Numbered from the stretch's first letter, positions 10,133-19,033 are shown. The stretch is 64,000 nucleotides of DNA from Sphingomonadaceae bacterium (GCA_025356175.1 JANXUP010000039.1:2174-66173); one strand, 5' to 3'. Program-made: numbers and translations. The notes: generated by a model from the letters alone, not told the origin.

Positions 10133-10546
10133 ATGCGATTACCGCGCGATCATCGCGGGATAATGCTGCTGCAACTGGCCCTTCAACACAACACGGCTCT
10201 GACCGCCGCGCCGCCTCATGACTTTCCAGTGGCACAATGGGCTCAACAGCTTCTGCTCGGTCCGCTCGGCACTTCATTGGCCGTGATCGCGGTGGCTTGG
10301 TTTGGCTTTGCCTTGCTCGCCGGGAGGTTTTCTCTGAGGCGTGGCGGATTGCTAGTGTTGGGCTGCTTTGTGCTATTTGGTGCGCCGGATCTGGCAAAGG
10401 CGCTGATCGGTCTCGCTCAAACAAGCAAGTCGGGCACTGCTCCATTGCCCCCGCAGCAGATCACAATACCACCACCGCCTGTCGCAGCTGTTCCAGCTCC
10501 ATTCGACCCATATGCCGGGGCTTCGGTTCCAAACGCCGGTAATTGA
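10133..10546 (+). CDS. Second VirB2/TrbC-like pilin with Pro-rich C-terminal extension
   Basis: WAQQLLLGPLGTSLAVIAVAWFGFALLAGRFSLRRGGLLVLGCFVLFGA aligns by eye with the virB2 core and shares GCFVLFGA. The start is uncertain. Confidence 0.75.
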   Translation: MRLPRDHRGIMLLQLALQHNTALTAAPPHDFPVAQWAQQLLLGPLGTSLAVIAVAWFGFALLAGRFSLRRGGLLVLGCFVLFGAPDLAKALIGLAQTSKSGTAPLPPQQITIPPPPVAAVPAPFDPYAGASVPNAGN

Positions 10547-10574
10547 TTGTGGCGCGCGGCAGCGCGGAATTGGC

Positions 10575-10590
10575 AGGCGCGGCATTTGCT
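10575..10590 (+). promoter_or_regulatory. Candidate sigma54 (-24/-12) promoter upstream of gdhA
   Basis: AGGCGCGGCATTTGCT has GG-N10-GC spacing with TTGCT, about 170 nt before the gdhA ATG. It is an imperfect match to the consensus. Confidence 0.35.
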
Positions 10591-10760
10591 AAACTCAGAC
10601 GGTAATCTGGCGCAGCAAGGCAGCTCCGAATTGGAGCTGGCCACCGAGGGCTATGCAATGGCTCAACATCGGCATAGCCTGACCGGCAGGAGCGAAGGCG
10701 CGGCGCAGAACCAGAGGCTGAAGCACGATCTATCGGGCGCGCGTACGGGGAGAAAATCCG

Positions 10761-12116
10761 ATGGCTATTTCAGATCATGTCAATTTCGCTGACTTCATGG
10801 CGGGGGTCAAACGCCGAAACCCGCACCAGGACGAGTTCGTCCAGGCGGTTCAGGAAGTTGCCGAAGACATTTTCGATTTCATCGCCGACAAGGAAGATTA
10901 CCACCAGCAGCAGATCCTTCGCCGCATCGCCGAGCCGGACCGGGTCGTATCGTTCCGCGTCTGCTGGGAAGACGATTCCGGCAATGTCCGCGTCCAGCGT
11001 GGCTGGCGGGTGCAGAACAACAATGCGATCGGCCCGTACAAGGGCGGGATCCGTTTCCATCCCAGCGTCAACGAGAGCGTGCTCAAGTTTCTCGCCTTCG
11101 AACAGACCTTCAAGAATGCGCTGACCGGACTGCCGATGGGCGGCGGCAAGGGCGGATCGAACTTCAACCCCAAGGGCAAGAGCGTGCGCGAGATCATGCG
11201 CTTCTGCCAAAGCTTTATGACCGAACTTTATCGCCACATCGGCGCGGACATCGACGTTCCGGCAGGCGATATCGGCGTCGGCGGGCGCGAGATCGGCTTC
11301 ATGTTCGGCCAGTACAAGCGCATCACCGGCGAATTCACCGGGGTACTCACCGGCAAGGGGCTTGAATGGGGGGGCTCGCTGATCCGCACCGAAGCGACCG
11401 GGTACGGCGCGGCCTATTTCCTCGCCTCGATGCTCGCCACCAAGAGCCAGGACCTGACCGGCAAGACGGCGGTGATTTCGGGTTCGGGCAATGTCGCGAC
11501 GCATGCGGCCGAGAAGATCGTCCAGCTCGGCGGCAAAGTGCTGACCCTGTCGGACTCGGGCGGATATATCCACGATCCCGATGGCATTGGTCAGGACAAA
11601 ATCGACTGGGTCAAGGCGCACAAGACCCATCGCCGCGGCCGGATCGAGGACTATTGCAACGAGTTCAAAGGCGCCAGCTTCGTAGCCGACAAGACCCCGT
11701 GGCACGTCCCCTGCGACGTGGCGCTGCCATGCGCGACGCAGAACGAACTGCTCGGTGAGGATGCCAAGGCGCTGGTCGCAAATGGCTGCATTGCCGTGGC
11801 CGAAGGGGCCAACATGCCAACCGACCTTGCCGGGGTACACGTGTTCAAGGCGGCCAGACTGCTGTTTGCGCCGGGCAAGGCATCGAACGCTGGCGGGGTC
11901 GCGGTCTCCGGGCTGGAGATGAGCCAGAACTCAGGTCGCCGCGCCTGGGGTGAGGCCGAACTGCAGCAGATGCTCAAGGACATCATGGCGGGCATCCACT
12001 CGAGTTGCCTGACTTACGGCGATCAGGGCGGTGGCTATGTCGATTACGTCAAGGGCGCGAATATCGCCGGGTTCAAGAAGGTCGCTGATGCGATGTTGGC
12101 GTTCGGGGTTGTCTGA
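10761..12116 (+). CDS. gdhA: NADP-specific glutamate dehydrogenase
   Basis: GPYKGGIRFHP, GGGKGGS, DVPAGDIGVG, RTEATGYG, GSGNVA, EGANMP and ANIAGF motifs. A GGAG SD precedes it. Confidence 0.97.
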   Translation: MAISDHVNFADFMAGVKRRNPHQDEFVQAVQEVAEDIFDFIADKEDYHQQQILRRIAEPDRVVSFRVCWEDDSGNVRVQRGWRVQNNNAIGPYKGGIRFHPSVNESVLKFLAFEQTFKNALTGLPMGGGKGGSNFNPKGKSVREIMRFCQSFMTELYRHIGADIDVPAGDIGVGGREIGFMFGQYKRITGEFTGVLTGKGLEWGGSLIRTEATGYGAAYFLASMLATKSQDLTGKTAVISGSGNVATHAAEKIVQLGGKVLTLSDSGGYIHDPDGIGQDKIDWVKAHKTHRRGRIEDYCNEFKGASFVADKTPWHVPCDVALPCATQNELLGEDAKALVANGCIAVAEGANMPTDLAGVHVFKAARLLFAPGKASNAGGVAVSGLEMSQNSGRRAWGEAELQQMLKDIMAGIHSSCLTYGDQGGGYVDYVKGANIAGFKKVADAMLAFGVV

Positions 12117-12120
12117 GCCA

Positions 12121-12654
12121 ATGACGCAAGGGCCACACAAATTTTCAGTGCAGGCGGTCCATCTGGTCCGCACCGCGACGCAGACCAACCTTACGCTCAG
12201 CCAGATGGCCGACCAGAAAGCGAGCATCCTGATGGGTGCGACCTTCGTGGTGTTTACCATTGCGGTGGGGCAGGCGCGCACTGGCGCGGTGCCCTTGACG
12301 CTGCTGGTCTTGGCCGGCTTCGCCTTTCTTTCGGCCATGTGCGCGGTGGCGGCGATTCTGCCTTCGGTCGCCGCCAAATCCAACCGTGACACGCAGCCCA
12401 ACCTGTTGTTCTTCGGCACTTTCACCCAGCTCAGCGAAGACGAATTTGCTGACCGCGTGCTCGCCGAGCTGGGCGATGACGAACGCATCTACCGCGCGAT
12501 GCTGCGTGATATCCATCAGAATGGCATGGTACTGCAGAACAAGAAATACCGGCTGCTGCGTTTGGCTTACCTGCTGTTTCTCGCCGGGCTGGTGTGCTCT
12601 TTCGCCATCTTTCTGTTCGAGAGCCGTGCTTTGTTCGGCGCAATCCGTTTCTGA
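12121..12654 (+). CDS. DUF5706 / Pycsar-effector-like membrane protein
   Basis: Pattern MADQKASIL-TM-TM-...NLLFFG...KKYRLLRLAY-TM, as recalled for DUF5706 (PycTM-like). The ATG lies 5 nt after the gdhA stop. Confidence 0.75.
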   Translation: MTQGPHKFSVQAVHLVRTATQTNLTLSQMADQKASILMGATFVVFTIAVGQARTGAVPLTLLVLAGFAFLSAMCAVAAILPSVAAKSNRDTQPNLLFFGTFTQLSEDEFADRVLAELGDDERIYRAMLRDIHQNGMVLQNKKYRLLRLAYLLFLAGLVCSFAIFLFESRALFGAIRF

Positions 12655-12655
12655 A

Positions 12656-13591
12656 CTAGCGTACGCCCAGCGCCGCCGCCTGTTCGCGCAGCTGGTTCGC
12701 CTTTCCGGGATTTGCCGCCACCGCCGACGTCAGCGCCTTGCGGGCCAGGTCGGGCTGGCCCAGCGTCATCCGGCTGCGAATGAGCATGATCCACCCGGCC
12801 ACATTGGCCGGATCGGTCTTGAGCTTGGCTTCGAGCCGGGCGACCATGCCCTCGGCCATTGTGCGTTGTTCGGACGGGCGCAGCGCCGAGGCGCGGTTGA
12901 TGTCTTCGGCGCTCGGCCCGGGCAGCATGGGCGGAGTTGCCGGAAGCTGCGCGGCAGGTTGCGGCACGGCGGCCAGCTTTGCTGAAACCTTGATGTGGTT
13001 GATCTTGGCCGCCTGCGTAATCGTGCGGCGCAGGTCGGCTTCCCAGGCAGCGCCGGGCGGCGTATCGGCCAAGAGCGCCAGCCAGCTGTCGATCGCACCC
13101 TGATGATCGCCGCTGAGGTCCTGCTTCACCGCGAGAAAATAGCGCGCGCGCGGATCTTTCGAATTGAGTGAAACGGCGCGTGCGAAGTCGGCGGCAGCTG
13201 CATCTGGCATGGGATCGCGCGCGCTGGCCATCACCCGCGCTTCGCCGCGCCCCGACCATAGCGCGGCCTGCTGCGGGGCCAGCTTCACCGCCGTGTCATA
13301 AGCGGCCACGGCCTGTTCGAAGCGGCCCGTTTCGAAATAGGCCCCGGCCAGCGCCGACCAGGCTTCGCCATCCTGAGGATTGTCACGGGTCCGGGCCTCC
13401 AGCACCGTCAGCGGATCGCCACTATCGCCAGCCAGCGTGGCGGCTTGTCCGGACGGTCCGCCAGAGGCGCCATCATGGCGCCTGAGCGCAACGCCGATGG
13501 AAAGACCGACCCCAAGGATTGCCAACAGCAGCAACCAGGTGCTGACGCGCCAGTGTCCGGTCTGACCCTCTGCCATAGGCTTGCTCGACAT
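12656..13591 (-). CDS. TPR membrane protein, CycH/CcmI-like cytochrome c maturation factor
   Basis: N-terminal TM, TPRs (P.DGEAW..LA..Y...GRFEQAV.AY), and a CycH-like C-terminus GMVARLEAKL..DP....GW.ML.RS...LG. Start is 13591 or 13576. Confidence 0.7.
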   Translation of the reverse strand: MSSKPMAEGQTGHWRVSTWLLLLAILGVGLSIGVALRRHDGASGGPSGQAATLAGDSGDPLTVLEARTRDNPQDGEAWSALAGAYFETGRFEQAVAAYDTAVKLAPQQAALWSGRGEARVMASARDPMPDAAAADFARAVSLNSKDPRARYFLAVKQDLSGDHQGAIDSWLALLADTPPGAAWEADLRRTITQAAKINHIKVSAKLAAVPQPAAQLPATPPMLPGPSAEDINRASALRPSEQRTMAEGMVARLEAKLKTDPANVAGWIMLIRSRMTLGQPDLARKALTSAVAANPGKANQLREQAAALGVR

Positions 13592-13714
13592 CCCCGGGTT
13601 GCAGCGGCTGGCGATCGCCGCCGGCGCATTCGTTCGGCTCCGGTGTGGATTAGCCGCTTCGATTATGCAACACTTGCGCCGCAGACGGGGACTGCGGGAT
13701 TTCCCGGGGAGAGT

Positions 13715-13984
13715 TAGAGCCTGTCCTGGTGAGGTTGATGCGCCGTGACGGAGCCGATTTTGGCCCAGCGCGAGGAGAGAGGAGGGAGCCATGCTTAAGC
13801 ATAGAGACCGACGATCGACGCTGCGATGGGCCAAAAGCGGCCCGCCGCAAGCGGTTGCCGCAGGAAGCCCCTCGGACTGCGTCGCGCTGCTTGGACGGGC
13901 TACCAGCCCGCCCTGCACAGCGCTCCTTGCCGAGAAGCTTCCTGCGGCAATCCCGACGCATCAACCTCACCAGGACAGGCTCTA
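13715..13984. mobile_element. 270-bp MITE-like element with perfect 28-bp terminal inverted repeats, TA at both ends
   Basis: TAGAGCCTGTCCTGGTGAGGTTGATGCG at the left end and its exact reverse complement at the right end. Internal inverted repeats at 13758-13767/13827-13836 and 13855-13868/13937-13950. No transposase. Confidence 0.88.
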
Positions 13985-16429
13985 GTGCCAGATCGGGTGC
14001 GCATTGCCATCGTCGGGTCGGGTCCGGCCGGGCTGAGCGCGGCGGCCCGCGCCGCGCAACTCGGGCTGAGCCACGTGCTGCTCGAGAAGAGCGATCACCT
14101 CTCCGACACGATCTTCAAATACCAGAAGGGCAAGCATGTCATGGCGACGCCCGCCGCGCTGGTGCTGCGTTCGGACCTGCCGTTCGATGCCGGCAAGCGC
14201 GAGACGATACTCGGTGGCTGGGAAGAGCAGTCTGCAGCGCACGGACTCTGCGTCCAATATGACGCCGAGGTTCAGGGCATCGCTGGCGAGGCGGGCAATT
14301 TTACCATCACGCTCAAGAACGGCGGCGAAGTGCTGGCCGAGACGGTGGTCCTGGCGATCGGCACCCAGGGCAATCCCAATCTGGTGCGCTGCCCGGTGGG
14401 GGATGGCGCGGTGGTGCAATACCAGCTCGACGATCCGGCCGAATACAACGACGAGCACATTTTCGTGATCGGCGGCGGCGATGCCGGGATTGAAAACGCT
14501 CTGGGGCTGGCGGCCGACCCGGCGCAGGGTAATGTGGTCAGCCTGGTCAACCGCTCGGCCGACTTCGCCACCGCGAAAGACGCCAACGTCAAGGCGCTGA
14601 TGGCCGCCCGCGATGCCGGACGTATGACGGTGCACCTCGAATGCACCACTTCGCGGATTGATCGGGGCGAGATCGCGCTCGATACCCGCGACGGCGAGGT
14701 TATTGCGCGCTGCGACCGGGTGATTGCACGGATGGGTTCGGCCCCGCCGCGCGCCTTTGTCGAGGCTTGCGGGATAGAATTCACCGGCCCCGACCGGCTC
14801 GCGCTGCCCGCGCTGTCGCCCTCGTTCGAAACCTCGGCGCCCGGGATCCACGTTATCGGCGCACTGGCCGGCTATCCGCTTATCAAGCACTGCATGAACC
14901 AAGGCTATGACGTGGTCGAGTTCATCAACGGCAACCGCGCCCTGAAGCCCGCCGATGAGCCGATCCTCGCGGCGAAATTCGCTGCGCTTCCTGGCCAACG
15001 CCCAGTCGATGAGTGGCTCACACTGTTCGGCAGCCAGATCGAAGTGTTCCGCGAGGTCTCACCGCTCCAGCTGCGCGAGCTGATGCTGGACAGTGTGGCG
15101 CGCAGCTACGCCCCGGGCGAGGCGCTGTTCGTGCGCAATGACACCGGATCGTCGCTCTTCGCACTGGCTCAGGGTTCGGTGCTGGTCGAAGTCGACAAGG
15201 ACGATCCCGCCAGGGTGGTGCCAATCGGACAAGGCGAGATTGTCGGTGAGGTCGGGCTGATTTCCGGGCGGCGGCGCGGGGCGACGGTGCGCGCCGCCGG
15301 GCCAGTGGTCGCGGTTGAGTTGTCGCGGACCGCAGCGCTCAAGTTGATTGCCACCGTGCCGGCGGCCGGGCGGGCCATCATGCGGGTGTCGATCGAGCGT
15401 CAGCTGCTGCAGTTGTTCGGCTCGGGCCTGATCCGCGAGGATATCGCCGAAGTGGTCGAACTGGCCGAGGTTCAAACCATCAAGGCTGGCGAGGTTCTGC
15501 TCGCCGAAGGCGAAACCGGGACCGATATTTTTGTCATCCGGCGCGGCTCGATGATGGTGGAAAAGAGCATCGGCGGTAAACAGGTGTTCCTCAATTACCT
15601 TCCCGCCGGGAGTTACGTAGGCGAAATGGCGCTGCTTGACGGCACCCCGCGGGTTGCCACGGTGAAGGCAGCAATCCGCTCCGAGGTGATCCGCTTGCCC
15701 GGTGAGGCCTTTGCTCGGCTGCTGACGCGCAAGCCCGAACTGCGCAGCAAGGCGCTGGCCGACATGGCGACACGGCGCGACATCAATGCCTTTATCGAAG
15801 GCCGCAAGGACCAGTTCTCCGGCTCGGTCGATATGTACTCCGAAACCGCGCAGTTCCTGGTCGACAATGGCCTGGGCGAAGCCACCGATGTGCTGCTGAT
15901 CGACGAGACGCTGTGCATCGGCTGCGACAATTGCGAAAAGGCCTGCGCCGACAGCCATGATGGGCTGACCCGGCTCGATCGCGAAGCCGGGCGGACTTAC
16001 GCCCATCTTCACGTGCCGACCTCGTGCCGCCACTGCGAGCACCCGCACTGCATGGCCGACTGTCCGCCCAACGCGATCAAGCGCGGCCCCGATGGCGAAG
16101 TGGTGATCGACGATACCTGCATCGGCTGCGGCAATTGCCAGCGCAATTGCCCTTACGGGGTGATCCGGATGGATTCGGTCCCGCCGTCCAAGCCGCCGCT
16201 GCTCAGCTGGCTGCTGTTCGGTGCGGGGCCGGGTCCGGGCGAGCCGGACTATGCGTGGCGCAAGAAGAACGCGGCTGGGGCCGAACGGCCCAAGAAGGCG
16301 ATCAAGTGCGACATGTGCTCGGGGATCGAGGGCGGCCCGGCCTGCGTGCGCGCCTGCCCGACCGGCGCGGCGATCCGGGTTGCGCCCGAAGCCTTTCTTT
16401 CGGTCGCCCGGCTGGCGAAGGACGACTGA
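13985..16429 (+). CDS. Fusion: TrxB/FNR-like FAD-NAD(P) oxidoreductase + 2 cNMP-binding domains + 16-Cys 4Fe-4S ferredoxin (DmsB/NrfC-like)
   Basis: GSGPAG and GGGDAG Rossmann motifs; phosphate-binding cassettes VGEVGLISGRRRGATV and VGEMALLDGTPRVATV; Cys groups CIGCDNCEKAC, CRHCEHPHCMADCP, CIGCGNCQRNCP and KCDMC...CVRACP. GTG start at 13985. Confidence 0.9.
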   Translation: MPDRVRIAIVGSGPAGLSAAARAAQLGLSHVLLEKSDHLSDTIFKYQKGKHVMATPAALVLRSDLPFDAGKRETILGGWEEQSAAHGLCVQYDAEVQGIAGEAGNFTITLKNGGEVLAETVVLAIGTQGNPNLVRCPVGDGAVVQYQLDDPAEYNDEHIFVIGGGDAGIENALGLAADPAQGNVVSLVNRSADFATAKDANVKALMAARDAGRMTVHLECTTSRIDRGEIALDTRDGEVIARCDRVIARMGSAPPRAFVEACGIEFTGPDRLALPALSPSFETSAPGIHVIGALAGYPLIKHCMNQGYDVVEFINGNRALKPADEPILAAKFAALPGQRPVDEWLTLFGSQIEVFREVSPLQLRELMLDSVARSYAPGEALFVRNDTGSSLFALAQGSVLVEVDKDDPARVVPIGQGEIVGEVGLISGRRRGATVRAAGPVVAVELSRTAALKLIATVPAAGRAIMRVSIERQLLQLFGSGLIREDIAEVVELAEVQTIKAGEVLLAEGETGTDIFVIRRGSMMVEKSIGGKQVFLNYLPAGSYVGEMALLDGTPRVATVKAAIRSEVIRLPGEAFARLLTRKPELRSKALADMATRRDINAFIEGRKDQFSGSVDMYSETAQFLVDNGLGEATDVLLIDETLCIGCDNCEKACADSHDGLTRLDREAGRTYAHLHVPTSCRHCEHPHCMADCPPNAIKRGPDGEVVIDDTCIGCGNCQRNCPYGVIRMDSVPPSKPPLLSWLLFGAGPGPGEPDYAWRKKNAAGAERPKKAIKCDMCSGIEGGPACVRACPTGAAIRVAPEAFLSVARLAKDD

Positions 16430-17304
16430 TGGCAAGTGCCCCGCGCCCGTCCCGGCAAACCGCGCGCCAGCTGACGGCCGATCACGAAGGCTTCTTGCGC
16501 CACCGCAATTTCCGCTGGCTCAAGCGTGCGGGCGCGCTGTGCCTTATCACTATTCTTGCCTACGCGCTGATCGATGTGTCCCCGCGCCCCAATGGCGGGA
16601 CTTGGCTGGGGTACTCGCTTGGCACCATTGGGCTGATGCTGATCGTCTGGCTCTCGCTGCTGGGTTTGCGCAAGCGGACGATTACGCGCGGGGCCTGGTC
16701 GCTCAAGGCCTGGACCTCGGCGCACGTCTATCTTGGCCTCGCGCTGATCGTGATTGCCACGCTGCACACCGGCTTCGAATTCGGCTGGAACGTCCACACT
16801 CTGGCCTATGCGCTGATGCTGCTGGTGATAGCATCGGGCCTGTTCGGGGTCGTGGTCTATGCCGTGCTGCCCGCGGCGCTCAGCAACAACCGCGAGCAGA
16901 TGACCCAGCCACAGATGGTCGAGGCACTCAGCGCGGTCGACCGCCAGCTGCAAAGCGCCGCGCAGCCGCTCGATCCGCACTGGGCCGGGCTGGTCCTCGC
17001 TGCGCTTGGGGAGGGAGCGTTTTCCGGCGGCCTGTGGAGCCGCCTAGCCGGGGGCAAGCACGGTGGTGCGACCCAGCAGGCGATTGCCGCGTTCAACCTT
17101 GCCAGCACCGAAGAAGCCGCCGATCCGGCGCTGGTCCGGGTCGAAGCGCTGCTCCAGCGCCGCGCCGCGCAGCTGGCCCGGATGCGGCGGCACATGCGCC
17201 TCAAAGCACTGCTCGAGGTCTGGCTCTACGTCCATGTCCCCGCAACCTTCGCTCTGATCGCCGCCTTGACCGCGCATGTGATCAGCGTGTTCTACTACTG
17301 GTAG
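16429..17304 (+). CDS. Polytopic membrane protein with His residues in or near TM helices (candidate heme-b / ferric-reductase-like subunit)
   Basis: About 5 TMs with SAHVYLG, TLHTG, NVHTL, YVHVP and TAHV. Translationally coupled (TGATG) to the oxidoreductase. Confidence 0.7.
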   Translation: MASAPRPSRQTARQLTADHEGFLRHRNFRWLKRAGALCLITILAYALIDVSPRPNGGTWLGYSLGTIGLMLIVWLSLLGLRKRTITRGAWSLKAWTSAHVYLGLALIVIATLHTGFEFGWNVHTLAYALMLLVIASGLFGVVVYAVLPAALSNNREQMTQPQMVEALSAVDRQLQSAAQPLDPHWAGLVLAALGEGAFSGGLWSRLAGGKHGGATQQAIAAFNLASTEEAADPALVRVEALLQRRAAQLARMRRHMRLKALLEVWLYVHVPATFALIAALTAHVISVFYYW

Positions 17305-17319
17305 GGGCGAGCCAGGGGC

Positions 17320-19017
17320 ATGATCTTTCGGCTCAGAACCGTCGAGGTTACGGCTCAAGGCCGCGAAATCGTGCGCGACCGCGACGTTGCAGCGGAGCGG
17401 ATCACCCTTGGCCGTTCGGCCGACAACACGCTGCATCTGCCCGATCTCGCGCTCGATCCACAACACGCGGCGATCACGGCGAGCGGCGGCAGGATCACGG
17501 TCGAGGCGCTTGGGTCGCCGGGTTTCACGCTCGACGGCCGGCAGGTCAGCGAGGGTAAGATCGATCCGAAGGCCGGGGGTGAACTGCGCTTCGGCAGCTA
17601 TCGCATCGCAGTTTCCAAAGCCGAGGACGGAGCGGTGCTGCTCACCGTCGGTCAGATCGCCGAGGCATCTGGCGTGACGGAGGAAAAGCCCGGGTTCTCG
17701 CTCGCCGGGCGTGTGCCAGGCAAACGGGCAATGTCATGGCTGCTCGCACTGGCGATCCTTGCGGCGTTCCTCGCAGTGCCGATCATCAGCCAGATGACCC
17801 GCGATCCCGCCGCCAAACAGGGCGTGGTCGGCGATGCAGCGTGGAGTTCGGGTCCGCTCAGCCAGGCGCACCACCAGCTCGAAGGCAAATGCGAGGCTTG
17901 CCACGTCAAACCGTTCGACGCGGTACGCGATACCGCCTGTCTGACCTGCCACAAGGATGTCCACGAACACGCCCCGCCCGCCCGGCTGGCCAATGCGCGC
18001 GGGGCCGGCAGCGCCGGGGACCAGTTGCAATGGAAGATCGCCCATCTGTTCGGCAAACCCGGCCCCGGGGCCTGTTCCGATTGCCATACCGAACATGAAG
18101 GCACCGGACGCATGCCGCCGTCGCAGCAGGTCTTTTGTGCCGACTGCCATGGCTCGCTCAAGGATCGCTTGCCCGACACCGCACTCGGCAATGCAGCCGA
18201 TTTCGGCAAGGTCCATCCCGAATTCCACCCCACGCTGGCGCTAACCGCGGGCAGCGACAAGCTGACCCGCGTTTCACTCGCCGAACATCCGCGCGAGGCG
18301 AGCGGGCTGACCTTCACGCACGATCAGCATCTCGATCCGCGCGGCGGCGTGGCCCAGATGGCGCTGCGACTTGGCAAAGGGAGTGGGGGACTTGGCTGCG
18401 CCGATTGCCATCACCTGACCGCCGACGGGGTCCGCTTCGTGGCCGTAGCCATGGAGCGCGACTGCGAGGCGTGCCACAGCCTGGCCTATGACAAGGTCGG
18501 CGGAACCTTCCGGCGTCTGAAGCACGGCGATACCGACCAGATGATCGCCGATCTCTCGGTCGCGCCGCGCGCCTCGACCCCCATCGTGACCGGGCGGCGG
18601 CGGCCCGGCGAATATGCCAATGGGGGAACCTATTTCGCCCGCTTCACTCCGCCGGGCGGCGGGATCGGATCGGTCGCACAGGCCCTGTCACGCGACGGGA
18701 TTTGCGGCGAATGCCACACGGCAAGGCTGACCGGCGGGCGTTTCTCAGTGGTGCCGGTGACCCAGACCACGCGATATCTGGGTCACGGCTGGTTCAACCA
18801 TGCGGCGCACAAGGAGCAGAAGTGCACCAGCTGCCATGCTGCGGATCGCTCCAACTCGGCGAGTGATCTGCTGCTGCCCGATCTCAAATCGTGCCGCAGC
18901 TGCCATTCGGGCGAAGAGGCCCCGCGGGCCAAGGTTCCCTCAACCTGCGCGATGTGTCACGATTATCACTTCAAGGCACTGGCCCCGCGCGGGGTCAAGC
19001 CACGACCAAAGCAATGA
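17320..19017 (+). CDS. FHA-like domain + TM + decaheme cytochrome c
   Basis: N-terminal ITLGRSADNTLHL...HA (FHA-like), one TM, then 10 CxxCH: CEACH, CLTCH, CSDCH, CADCH, CADCH, CEACH, CGECH, CTSCH, CRSCH, CAMCH. Confidence 0.88.
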   Translation: MIFRLRTVEVTAQGREIVRDRDVAAERITLGRSADNTLHLPDLALDPQHAAITASGGRITVEALGSPGFTLDGRQVSEGKIDPKAGGELRFGSYRIAVSKAEDGAVLLTVGQIAEASGVTEEKPGFSLAGRVPGKRAMSWLLALAILAAFLAVPIISQMTRDPAAKQGVVGDAAWSSGPLSQAHHQLEGKCEACHVKPFDAVRDTACLTCHKDVHEHAPPARLANARGAGSAGDQLQWKIAHLFGKPGPGACSDCHTEHEGTGRMPPSQQVFCADCHGSLKDRLPDTALGNAADFGKVHPEFHPTLALTAGSDKLTRVSLAEHPREASGLTFTHDQHLDPRGGVAQMALRLGKGSGGLGCADCHHLTADGVRFVAVAMERDCEACHSLAYDKVGGTFRRLKHGDTDQMIADLSVAPRASTPIVTGRRRPGEYANGGTYFARFTPPGGGIGSVAQALSRDGICGECHTARLTGGRFSVVPVTQTTRYLGHGWFNHAAHKEQKCTSCHAADRSNSASDLLLPDLKSCRSCHSGEEAPRAKVPSTCAMCHDYHFKALAPRGVKPRPKQ

Positions 19018-19033
19018 CAGTGGGGCCCTGCCG

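Noticed and set aside
12656-13918. 420-aa version of the TPR protein, and the 867-aa version of the oxidoreductase starting at 13826
   Set aside because: The extensions run through the inserted MITE and intergenic DNA. Recognisable protein starts at about 13591 and 13985. The 13826 ATG is kept only as a possible alternative start.
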